A stretch of 64,000 bases of DNA from Mobula hypostoma (taxonomy: Eukaryota), in the NCBI RefSeq assembly GCF_963921235.1, contig NC_086097.1, positions 134,728,001 through 134,792,000 of the forward strand. Direction: 5' to 3'. Both the position numbers and the translations under genes were made by a program. The notes beneath the pieces were generated by a model, which saw nothing but the letters and a program-made list of their open reading frames with translations, ran no database searches and was not told the origin of the DNA. Positions 26,461-38,200 of this stretch are shown here, one piece after another (the stretch's first letter is position 1; each line of letters opens with the position of its first letter).

Positions 26461-28092
26461 CCCTGGCACTCCTTCTCTGCCACCTGTCCCTCACCACCCT
26501 CTGCCCATGGCACTCCTTCTCTGCCACCTGTCCCACACGACCCTCTGCCCATGGCACTCCTCTGCCACCTGTCCCTCACCACCCTCTGCCCATGGCACTC
26601 CTTCTCTGCCACCTGTCCCACACCCCACCCTCTGCCCATGGCACTCCTTCTCTGCCACCTGTCCCACACCCCACCCTCTGCCCATGGCACTCCTTCTCTG
26701 CCACCTGTCCCACACCCCACCACCCTCTGCCCATGGCACTCCTCTGCCACCTGTCCCACACCACCCTCTGCCCATGGCACTCCTCTGCCACCTGTCCCAC
26801 ACCCCACCCTCTGGCCATGGCACTCCTTCTCTGCCATCTGTCCCTCACCCCTCTCTCTGCCCATGGCACTCCTTCTCTGCCACCTGTCCCACACCCCACC
26901 CTCTGCCCATGGCACTCCTTCTCTGCCACCTGTCCCACACCACCCTCTGCCCATGGCACTCCTTCTCTGCCACCTGTCCCACACCCCACCCTCTGCCCAT
27001 GGCACTCCTTCTCTGCCACCTGTCCCACACCCCACCCTCTGCCCATGGCACTCCTTCTCTGCCACCTGTCCCTCACCCCACCCTCTGCCCATGGCACTCC
27101 TTCTCTGCCACCTGTCCCTCACCACCCTCTGCCCATGGCACTCCTTCTCTGCCACCTGTCCCACACCCCTCCACCCTGCCCATGGCACTCCTCCTCTGCC
27201 ACCTGTCCCTCACCCCTCCACCCTGCCCATGGCACTCCTTCTCTGCCACCTGTCCCACACCCCTCCACCCTGCCCATGGCACTCCTTCTCTGCCACCTGT
27301 CCCTCACCACCCTCTGCCCATGGCACTCCTTCTCTGCCACCTGTCCCACACCCCTCCACCCTGCCCATGGCACTCCTTCTCTGCCACCTGTCCCACACCC
27401 CACCCTCTGCTCATGGCACTCCTTCTCTGCCACCTGTCCCTCACCCCACCCTCTGCCCATGGCACTCCTTCTCTGCCACCTGTCCCACACCCCACCCTCT
27501 GCTCATGGCACTCCTTCTCCGCCACCTGTCCCACACCCCACCCTCTGCCCATGGCACTCCTTCTCTGCCACCTGTCCCACACCCCACCCTCTGCCCATGG
27601 CATGCCTTCTCTGCTCCTGTCCCTCACCACCCTATGCCCATGGCGCTCCTTCTCTGCCACCTGTCCCTCACCCCACCCTCTGCCCATGGCACTCCTCTGC
27701 CACCTGTCCCACACCACCCACTGCCCATGGCACTCCTTCTCTGCCACCTGTCCCACACCCCACCCTCTGCCCATGGCACTCCTTCTCTGCCACCTGTCCC
27801 ACACCCCACCCTCTGCCCATGGCACTCCTTCTCTGCCACCTGTCCCTCACCCCACCCTCTGCCCATGGCACTCCTTCTCTGCCACCTGTCCCACACCCCA
27901 CCCTCTGCCCATGGCACTCCTTCTCTGCCACCTGTCCCTCACCACCCTCTGCCCATGGCACTCCTTCTCTGCCACCTGTCCCTCACCACCCTCTGCCCAT
28001 GGCACTCCTTCTCTGCCACCTGTCCCACACCCCACCCTCTGCCCATGGCACTCCTTCTCTGCCACCTGTCCCTCACCCCACCCTCCACCCTG
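26461..28092. repeat. Minisatellite, ~36 units of 41-49 bp (modal 46 bp: cccatggcactccttctctgccacctgtcccacaccccaccctctg)
   Basis: Direct tandem repeat; explains the long ORFs in all three + frames. Confidence 0.98.
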
Positions 28093-28152
28093 GCCATTCC
28101 CGACATTCTTTGCTCCAACCAGATTTTAAAAACTCGCTCTCCATTCTAAATA

Positions 28153-28230
28153 CAGTACTGTGCAAAAGTCTTAGAACTATATAAAATATATATATATAGT
28201 TGGGGTGCCCAAGACTTTTCCACAGTACTG
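28153..28230. mobile_element. Mini-MITE (Tc1/mariner-type, TA flanked)
   Basis: TIR cagtactgtgcaaaagtctt / aagacttttccacagtactg around an AT-rich core. Confidence 0.8.
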
Positions 28231-29069
28231 TAAAATTCTCCCATATTCCAATTCCAACACTTCAGACACTGCTTCATCTCCAGCCATGGGCTCTCTCAAC
28301 CATCCCAATCCCCACATACTTGTAATAGGGACCAGGGTACAAACACGAGGAAGTGGTGACTAAAATAACTTTTCATAAAATTAAAAGGCACATCTTAACC
28401 AGTGTTAAAAGATGTTTTCATGTATACATTCAATTGCCAAATCAAAACACTTCATGAAACCTATTAATAATTCGACACATCTGCCATTTTAAAAAAATAT
28501 GAAGAATATCAGGTCAAACCGGTGTCAATTTAATTCAAACAATTCCATCCAAGAGAGGATACCTTTAAAAGTATTACAAATGCTAATAAACAGTTGCATC
28601 CACATACTCCAATAATTATAGGATTAGTCATGGCACCTACAGCAATTGCATCGGGTGTGATTACAGAGGATCGCACATTTTCCACTGCATCAGCAAGTTA
28701 TGGGTTCACGTCCTACTCTGAACATTTGAGCACAAACACTGAGGTGACAGCTGAACTGAAGGGGAGCAGACCATCAGAGGCACAATATATAGAGCCCGAA
28801 GCTGATCCTTCACACACTGCTTGGCCTTGCTGTGCACTGGTAGACAAAGTGGTGAAGAAGATGCATGTCACATTTGCCTTCATCAAATGGAATGATGAAT
28901 GAACACAAAAGTTGGGATATCGTGCTGACTGCTTTAAGGACATTGGTGAGACCACACCTGGACCATTTTATGCAGCTCCAGCTGCCATTCAATAGGAAGG
29001 GTGTGGTTAAGCTGGAGAGGATGCAGTTTCATGAGCATGTTGCCGGAAATGGAAGGCTTGAGTTAAAAG

Positions 29070-30251
29070 AATTTATTTATTTAGTGTTACAGTGCAGAGG
29101 CCTTTTCAGCCCTGCGAGCCATACTGCCTCAGTAACCCTGTACAACCCTGATCAACCCAACCAAACCACGGGACAACTTACAATGACCAGTTTACCTACA
29201 CGTTATGTCTTTGGACTGTGGGAGGAAACAGAAGGAACCGAAGAAACACCACACATTCCATGGGGAGGATGTACAGACCCTCCTTAAAGAACGGCGATGG
29301 AGATGACTGCAAGTTGTGGATAATGAGATAGATTTTCAAAGCTTGCAGAGAGATTTACACCACTTAGAAGAGTGGGCTGAAAGATGGCAGATGGAGTTTA
29401 ATGCTGATAAATGTGAGGTGTTACATTTTGGTAGGACTAATCAAAATAGGACATACATGGTAAATAGTAGGGCATTGAAGAATGCTGTAGAACAGACAGA
29501 TCTAGGAATAATGGTGCATAGTTCCCTGAAGGTGGAATCTCATGTGGATAGGGTGGTGAAGAAAGCTTTTGGTATGCTAGCCTTTATAAATCAGAGCATT
29601 GAGTATAGGAGTTGGGATGTAATGTTGAAATTGTATAAGGCATTGGTGAGGCCAGATTTGGAGTATTGTGTACAGTTTTGGTCACCAAATTATAGGAAAG
29701 ATGTCAACAAGAGAGTACACAGAAGATTTACTAGAATGTTGCCTGGGCTTCATCTCCTAAGTTACAGAGAAAGGTTGAATAAGTTAGGTCTTTATTCTTT
29801 GGAGCGTAGAAGGGGGGGGGACTTGATAGAGGTATTTAAAATTATGAGGGGGATAGATAGAGTTGACATGGATAGGCTTTTTCCATTGAGAGTTAGTGAG
29901 ATTCAAACAAGAGGACATGAGTTGAGAGTTAAAGGGCAAAAGTTTAGGGGTAACATGAGGGGGAACTTCTTTACTCAGAGAGTGGTAGCTGTGTGGAACG
30001 AGCTTCCAGCAGAAGTGAATGAGGCAGGTTCGATGTCATTTAAAGTTAAATTGGACAGCTATATGGACAGGAAAGGAATGGAGGGTTATGGGCTGAGTGC
30101 AGGTCGGTGGGACTAGGTGAGAGTAAGAGTTCAGCACAAACTAGAAAGGCCGAGATGGCCTATTTCCGTGCTGTAATTGTTATATGGTTATAAATTCCAG
30201 AACACCCTGAGCTGTAAGAGTCACGATAACCACTATGCTACAGTGGCACCC
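29070..30251 (-). mobile_element. V-SINE (HE1-like), split by the CR1 insertion
   Basis: V-domain revcomp ctttggactgtgggaggaaac at ~29210; tRNA-like head at 30195-30251. Confidence 0.7.
29305..30192 (+). mobile_element. Young 5'-truncated CR1 LINE, open C-terminal part of ORF2
   Basis: ORF 29316-30116: WQMEFNADKCEVLHFG...LVRPDLEYCVQFWSP...GDLIEVFKI...FFTQRVVAVWNELP. Confidence 0.95.
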
Positions 30252-31189
30252 AGGATAGGTGGGACTGTTTTCCCTAGAGTGCAAGAAGCTGAATAGTGAC
30301 TTTAAAGAGGTTTATAAAATCACGAGGGACAGATATCAGGTATCTCCAGGATACCTGTTTTCCGTAGAGTAGGAGAACGTCCAAACTAGAGGGTTTAGAT
30401 TTAAGGTGAGAGTGAAAAGGCTGAAAGGGGACCTGATGGGCAAGCGTTCCACACACCATGTGGTACAAATTGCAAGAGGAAATGGAAAAGCAGATATGCA
30501 ATGTCTGAAAGTCATTTGGACAAATATAGACATAGAACAGTACAGGCCCTTCAGCCCACAATGTTGTGCCAACCCTTAAACCCTGCCTCCCATATAACCC
30601 CCTCCCCACCTTAAAGAGATAGGGAGATGTGGGACAAATGAAGGTCAATGGAACAGAAGCCATGGATAAACTGGGTCAAAGGACTAACTTCTGTGCTGTA
30701 TAACTCTGACTCTTCCCAACATGATAACATGGACTATGCTGCCCTGGGGGTATCTGATGGATCGGAAAGGGTGCTGATGGCAATATCTTACAAATAATAG
30801 AACACATAATTTGTTTAGGTTTCTGGAAAATGAAGAAGGGCAAGATTGATGCAATTTTTGGGTGTGGAAAACACTGATGGCATGAGTTGAAGAGCTACCT
30901 TCTATACCACAAGGAAATAAATAAGAATGTGAAGTTGCTTGAATTAATTTTTCCTTGTGTGTCAAAACAGAAAATTCCTGGCTTAATATAAGCTAAGCAG
31001 CAGGAGTTATTCTGAATCAATATCCTCCATGTCTGTTCACATTTCCAACCACTCTAATGACAATAGGAAGCCACCAATTCCATCACATCTATATCAGCTC
31101 AGTGTAATCCCATTCCCCCACTTTAATCTGCAGCAGCAATCTCCATCACTGGTAGAATCTTCCCCACTGCTGAAGGCAGTTTTAAGAGG

Positions 31190-31462
31190 CAATGCTTTGT
31201 GAAGGCAGTATCCATCACCAAAGAATCTCACCATCCAGCATAGGCGCTCTTCTCGCTACTATTATCGGACAGGAGGCACAGGCGCCTGAAGACCGACAAG
31301 CCAGTGATTCAGGAACAACTCCTTCCCCTCTGCCATCACTATTATACACTATTTATTATTTTTTGTAGTGTACAGTAAATATGTCGTTGCTCTGTACTGG
31401 TACCGTGAAGAAAAAGCGGACTTCACGCCATATGTCACTGATAATAGATCTCATTCTGACTC
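31190..31462 (+). mobile_element. Rex1-type 3' fragment abutting the CpG island
   Basis: gaaggcagtatccatcaccaaag...ttcccctctgccatc; CpGs retained. Confidence 0.65.
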
Positions 31463-31476
31463 GGTTCAGCACTCAC

Positions 31477-31590
31477 TTCCTGGTACTCTTCCCTCTTCCT
31501 CCTTCTGCCCAGCTGGAGGCGGAGCAGATCAACGTAAATTAAAGTGACAGGCCAAGCGGCCAACCGGAAGGCAGCACTGCCAAGGCGTGG
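31477..31590 (-). other. Non-coding first exon of a leftward host gene (5' end approximate)
   Basis: Donor GAA|gtgagt at 31476-31471 on the island edge; ETS site cttccgg (31565-31571) and GC box ggggcgg (31591-31597); no ATG in the exon. Confidence 0.6.
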
Positions 31591-31975
31591 CCCCGCCTCC
31601 TTCCCACCCCACGGTAACGGCCGCTGACTGGCGGTTGGAATGACGGCAACGCAGAGGCCCAAAAAGCCTTGGACGGAGCGATCTCGGCCGCCTGCCCTCC
31701 GCAGCAGCTGAGAAAGGATAACGCGGAAGCCGCTGTGCCCGCGCTGCAGCGTAGAAGTTTAGGGGGGCAAAGAAAAATGAAACTGCCCCGCTATTTGCAC
31801 GTACCTGCACGCGAAGAGATCACGTCCGCTCACCGTGTACTTAGTCACAAGTGGCCTGCCGTAGCCCAGAGTTGATGTCACCGAAAACGAGGTTGAGCGT
31901 GCGCAGAGCTGACAATAGCACGTGATTCTCATCCCCACGTGATCGGGAGCACGTGCTGCCGATAGCTGGGTTTTA
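31480..31975. promoter_or_regulatory. CpG island promoter
   Basis: Only dense non-repeat CpG cluster in the window; ETS (ccggaag, gcggaag), GC box, NRF1-like gcgtgcgca, three CACGTG E-boxes. Confidence 0.85.
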
Positions 31976-32278
31976 TGTTAGTTCATTTTGGAGAGGGTTG
32001 CTATTGCACTCACAGCAGGATGCTTAATAATTCACATTTATGGCCACACCCTGGGACCTATTGTTCAATAACCCACAGAAAACATGTGATCTCAACACTT
32101 TGACCAGAGGATTTCTAGGTTTAGTGATCCACGTACCCAGCATACATTGTCCAATCAAATGTAGACATGCCAATGCAGAAGGACGTAAAGCCACTGGCAG
32201 GCAGGGCAGTTTCAAAGTTTGAAGTAGACTTATTGTCAAACTGCATATGTGTCACCATATACAACCCTGAGATTGATC

Positions 32279-34790
32279 TCAGAATCAGGATTATTATCAC
32301 TGGCATGTGTTGTGAAATTTGTTAACTTAGCAGCAGCAGTTTAATGCAATATATAATACAGAAGAGAAAAAATAATAATAAATCAATTACAGTATATGTA
32401 TATTGAATAGATTCAAAATCATGCAAAAAATATATTTAAAAGGTGAGGTGGTATTCACGGGTTCAATGTCCACTTAGGAATCAGATGGCAGAGGGGAAGA
32501 AGCTGTTCCTGAATTGCTGAGTGTGTGCTTTCAAGCTTCTGTACCTCCTTCCTGATGGTAACAGTGAGAAAAGGGCATGCCCTGGGTGCTGGAGGTCCTT
32601 AATAATGGACGTTGCCGTTCTCAGACACTGCTCCTTGAAGATGTCCTGGGTGCTTTGTAGGCTAGTATTCAAGATGGAGCTGACTAGATTTACAACCTTC
32701 TGCAGCTTCTTTCAGTCCTGTTCAGTAGCCCCTCCATACCAGACAATGATGTAGTCTGTCAGAATGCTCCCCACAGTACATCTATAGCAGTTTTTGAGTG
32801 TATTTGTTGACATGCCAAATCTCTTCAAACTCCTAATAAAATATAGTCGCTGCCTTGCCTTCTTTAAAACTGAATTGATATGTTGGGACCCAGTCAGGTC
32901 CTCAGAGATCTTGACACCCAGGAACTTGAAGCTGCTCTCTCTCTCCACTTCTGATCCTATGAGGATTGGTATGTGTTCCTTCATCTTACCCTTCCTTAAG
33001 TCCACAATCAGCTCTTTCATCTTATTGATGTTGAGTGCCAGGTTGTTGCTGCAACACCACTCCACTAGTTGGCATAGCCGCTCTGTACACTCTGTCATCT
33101 CCATCTGAGATGCTACCAACAATTATTGTATTGTCAGCAAATTTAAAGATGGTATTTGAGCTATGCCTAGCCACACAGTCATGGGTATAGAGACAGTAGA
33201 GCAGTGGGCTAAGCACACTCCCCTGAGGTGCGCCAGTGTTGATAGTGAGCGAGGAGGAGGTGTTATCACCAATCCGCACAGATTGTGGTCTTCTGGTTAG
33301 GAAGTCGAGAATCCAATTGCAGAGGGAGGTAGAGAGGCCCAGGTTCTGTAATATCCCAATCAGGATTGTGGGAATGATGGTGTTGAATGCGGAGCTATAG
33401 TCAATGAATAGCATCCTGACATGTTGTCCAGATGGTTTAAAGCCATGTGGAGAACCATTGAAATATTTGGCTGTCATCTGCTGTTGATCTATTGTGGCAA
33501 CAGGCAAATTGCAATGGGTCCAGATCCTTGCTGAGGCAGGAGTTCAGACGAGTCATAGCCAACCTCTCAAAGCATTTCATTGCTGTCGATGTGAGTGCTA
33601 CCGGGCAATAGTCATTAAGGCAGCTCACATTATTCTCCTTAGGCACTGGTATAATTGTTGCCTTTTTGAAGCAAGTGGGAACTTCCGCCTGTAGCAGTGA
33701 GAGGTTAAAGATGTCCTTGAATACTCCCGCTAGTTGGTTACACAAGCCTTCAGAGCCTTACCAGGTACTCCACTGGACCTTCCGCCTTGCGAGGGTTCAG
33801 CCGCTTTAAAAACAGCCTAACTTCAGCCTCTGACACAAAGATCACAGGGTCACCGGGTGCAGCAGGGATCCTCACAGCTGTCGTTATATTCTCCCTTTCA
33901 AAGAGGGATTAGAAGACATTGAGTTCATCCAGTAGTGAAGCATCACTGCCATTCATGATATTGAGTTCTGCTTTGTAGGAAATAATGTCTTGCAAACCCT
34001 GCCAGAGTTGTCGTACATCCAATGTCGCCTCCAACCTTGTTCAAAAATTGTCTCTTTGCCCTTGAAATAGCCATCTGCAAATCAAAACAACAGGAATTCT
34101 GCAGATGCTGGAAATTCAAGCAACACACATCAAAGTTGCTGGTGAACGCAGCAGGCCAGGCAGCATCTGTAGGAAGAGGTGCAGTCGACAAAGCCTGACG
34201 AAGGGTCTCGGCCTGAAACGTCGACTGCACCTCTTCCTACAGATGCTGCCTGGCCTCTTGCGTTCACCAGCAACTTTGATGTGTGTTATCTGCAAATCAA
34301 ACCTGGTTTTCTGGTACAGACCTGGGTCATCAGACTTGAATGCCACAGATCTAGTCTTCAGCAGATGATGTACCTCCTGGTTCATCCATGGCTTTTGGTT
34401 TGGAAATATACAGTAAATCTTTGTAGGCACACACTCATCCACACAGGTTTTAATGAAGTCGGTGACAACCGCAGCATACTCATCCAGATTCAAAGATGAA
34501 TCCCTGAATACAGTCCAGTCCACAGATTCAAAGCAGTCCTGTAAGCGCTCCTGTGCTTCCCTTGTCCAAACATTCTTGGTCCTCACTACTGGTGCTGCAG
34601 TCTTCGGTTTCTGCCTGTACTCAGGGAGTAGAAGTACAGCCAGGTGACCAGACTTCCCGGAGTGAGGGTGTGGGATAGCACGGTAGGCATTCTTGATAGT
34701 GGTGTGGCAATGGTCCAGTATGTTGTTTCCTCTAGTATTGCAAGTGATCAGTTGATAGTAATTGCTTAATGATTTTTTAGATTTGTGGAC
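32279..34790 (-). mobile_element. Rex1/Babar LINE, ~2.5 kb, endonuclease C-terminus through RT to 3' UTR
   Basis: [73 protein letters not shown]; frameshifted. Confidence 0.95.
34087..34287. mobile_element. Fold-back Penelope pLTR insertion with a 14-bp TSD
   Basis: TSD atctgcaaatcaaa at 34073-34086 and 34288-34301; two opposed pLTR arms. Confidence 0.9.
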
Positions 34791-34829
34791 ATATTCAATA
34801 AATCTAGAGAATTTGGGCATTCAAACTGT

Positions 34830-35227
34830 TGCAAGTACGAAAAGCATGAAAGAATAGTAATAATAAATAAATAAGCAAATAATATTGAGAACATGAGATG
34901 AAGAGTACTTGAAAGTGAGTCCATGGTTGTGGGAACATTTCAATGATGGGGCAAGAGAAGTTGAGTGAAGTTATCCCCTTTGGTTCAAGACATGATTGTT
35001 GAGTAATTACTCTTCCTGAACCTGGTGGTGCGAGTTCTGAGGCTCCTGTACCGTCTTCCTGATGGCAGCAGCGAGAAGTGAGCATGTCCTGGGTGTTAGG
35101 GGTCCCTAATGATGGATACTGCTTTCCTGTGACATTTCATGCAGATGTGCTCAATGGTGGGGAAGGCTTTACTTACCCATGATGGACTGGGCCATATCTA
35201 GGTGCTGCCGTGCTTTCTTCGTAATTA
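34830..35227 (-). mobile_element. Older Rex1-type 3' fragment (continues from 32210-32278)
   Basis: Same family as 20250-20740. Confidence 0.65.
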
Positions 35228-38200
35228 TGTAGGGTAACGTAATTGGTAGAAACATACATAATTCACAATCGCCGACTACTGCACTTGTTGTGTTCAGTGC
35301 TTGGAGTACAATAAATGAGTTGTTACGGTTTTTCTTAAACATAAAATGTCTCATTTTATTTGCAAAGACCTACATTGGTGATGCTGATGCTCTAGGACAA
35401 TTCTAGAATTATTAAACATGTCGGCCAATGCAGTCACCTTGAAACTGTCTGAGTTTTGGGAGTGAAATGCTGATCCCTGGTTTGTACAAGCTGAGACCCA
35501 ATTGACGCTGCGAGAAATCTCCGCCAACAACATCAAATATTTCTATATGGTTAGCGTTGCTCAGCAACGCCACGGCTGCAAGTGTGGTGAGTCTACTTGA
35601 ACGCCTTCCTCAACACGATAAATACTGATTACAGACTTTCGGGCAATCGGAATCTGAGCGTGCCAAATAGTTCTTCTCCCTGCCCAGCCTTGGCGATGCT
35701 AAGCCATTGGAGCTTATAGACCACGTGCTGTCTCTCCTGGGAAATCACCATCTTTTTTTATTAAAGAACTTTTCATGCAGCAAATGTACTCGCTAATGCA
35801 CCCGTGAATAACTATATGGAGCTTGACATATGGCTGATAGTGCACACTCAGCCAGGCAGCAGTGGATAATTCTCGTTTCCCTGTCTCAGTGACCCCGGTC
35901 AACAAGGCCTCCAACATAAGCACGCGAAACAGACTACCCTGGGTCTGTGTCTTTACCACGGTCTCTTTGGTATGAACACTTGGAGGTGCTGACTGCCTTG
36001 CAGCTTCGACAGTGCCAGCACGTTGGGACATCAGAGGTCTGTGAACACCAAGGGTTCCATTTGCTAGGGTCGTCTATTGTTCACTACGTTCACCCTTTCA
36101 GGGCGACATTTCCCGTGTGACACAGGTGCTGAAATATGTGCTGCCAGAATTGCCTATTGATGAGAAGGCAAAGAGCAATGAAACTTCGCTAGAGGCCACC
36201 GACGGCAGACGTACAGGACATGACGGTCTGCCCCAGTGAGTGACATTACACATGGGACTTTGTCCTGGCTAAAGTGGCTAGGCCTCTCCTCGGTGCAGTT
36301 TTCCCGTGTGCCCAAGGACGATTAGTTGGCCTTAAGAACTGCTGGCTTGTGGATGTCAAGGACTTTGGGTTGTTGCCTGCTGCCCAAGTAAGTTCCCCAC
36401 AACAACTCAGTCAAGAGCATGCACCACCGCTGTGAGTTTACCCGACTACTGGGCGAAATCCAAAACCTCAGCAAGCCCACATCGTGCACCGGTCAAATAG
36501 CCCCTGGGCTTCGCCCATGCCTGCGGTTCCTAAGTCCGATGGTGGTTGCCACCCATGTGACGATTACTGACACCCTAACAAGGTCACCGCGCCCAAATGT
36601 TAACCGTTTTCACACATCCGAGACTTTTCCGCACGTTTAGCCAGAAAGTTAATTTTCTCCAGAGTCGATTTAGTTAGGGGCTACTATCAGGTGCCTGTGT
36701 GCTCGGAGGATATTCCCAAAATGGCTGTGATAACCCCGTTTGGCCTCCTTGAGTGTCTATGCATGCTGTTTGGGCTGAAAAGTGCAGCACAGACTTTCCA
36801 AAGCCTTATGGACTCTGTACTAAAAGACTTACAGTAGATTTTCTTTCTGTTTACCTGGATGACGTACTCGTCACCAGTGCATCCAAATCCAAACACGTAT
36901 CCCATCTCCGCAGACTTTCCCAGGGCTTAAGCCAACACGGGTTGATTATTAACCCTGCTAAATGTCAGTTTGGGCTGTCAACCATTTACTTTGTCAGCCA
37001 ACGCATCTCTGCAGAAGGGACAAAGCCTTTCCCATCAAAAGTAGCTGCTATTACGGATTTCCCACCGCTCCGCACTACTACAGGTGTTTTCAAGGATGGT
37101 GAATTTCTATCACCGCTTCATTCTATGAGCTGCCGAACTTACACTCCTCCTGTATAGAGCGCTTAAGGGCAATACCCCTAATTAAGTGCTTGACTGGTCA
37201 GTGGACATGACCAGGGCATTTGATGATACCAAACGAGCTCTTTCCAATGCGACCCTTCTACCAGACCCGCTCCCTATCGCATCTAGAGCCATCACTACTG
37301 ACACGTTAGACTATGCTGTGGGTGCTGAGCACAAAGAGTTGGTTGAAGGTGTGGGACAACTGCTCTCTTTCTTCAGAAGGCAACTCCGTCCCCCCAAAAG
37401 GGAGTACAGCGCATTTGACTGTGAGCTTCTTGGTTTCTAGCTGGCTGTTCGCCGTTTTTGTCTTCTTCTAGAGGGTCGCCATTTTACAGCTTTCATTGAC
37501 CACAAAACCCTCATGCACGCGATGGCCAAAATATCAGACCCTTGGTCTGCACAGCAGCAATGCCAACTGGCCTATATATCCATAGTCATAGTCATACTTT
37601 ATTGATCCCGGGGGAAAATGGTTTTCGTTACAGTTGCACCATAAATAATAAATAGTAATAAAACCATAAATAGTTAAATAGTAATATGTAAATTATGCCA
37701 GTAAATTATGAAATAAGTCCAGGACCAGCCTATTGGCTCAGGGTGTCTGACCCTCCAAGGGAGGAGTTGTAAAGTTTGATGGCCACAGGCAGGAATGACT
37801 TCCTATGACGCTCTGTGCTGCATCTCGGTTCCGAGTTCACAACTGATATACAACGTATCAAGGGGGAAAATAATGCCGTGGCTGATGGTCTCTAATGGCT
37901 AGCCGTTGAGGCCTACACATAGAGGTTGGCTATGTTGTCATGGCAGCCAACCATGTTACTGACGCAGAGGTCCAGGATTACAGAACGGCAGTCACAGGCC
38001 TGCGGTTGGCTGACATTAAGTTTGGGGAAGCTGGGGTTTCTCTCCTGTGTGATACCTCAGCCGGTCTCCCTCACCCTCTAGTGCCCGCAAACTGGAAGCA
38101 AACTGTTCTTAACTCTGTATATGGCCTTTCAAATGCAGGCCAGAAGGCCTCACGTAAACTGGTTACACTAGAGTCTGTGTGCCAGGGCCTCAGAAAGGAT

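Larger units (their letters stand above)
28838..30715 (+). mobile_element. Old CR1 3' fragment split by a SINE and a younger CR1
   Basis: TLVRPHLDHFMQ...KLERMQ at 28865-29070, resuming at ~30252. Confidence 0.75.

Noticed and set aside
26461..28092. CRISPR-like array
   Set aside because: No unique spacers; vertebrate context; no cas genes
26396..28184. Three 576-592 aa ORFs (His/Pro/Cys-rich)
   Set aside because: Artefact of a stop-free minisatellite; all three frames give the same shuffled peptides because most unit lengths are not multiples of 3
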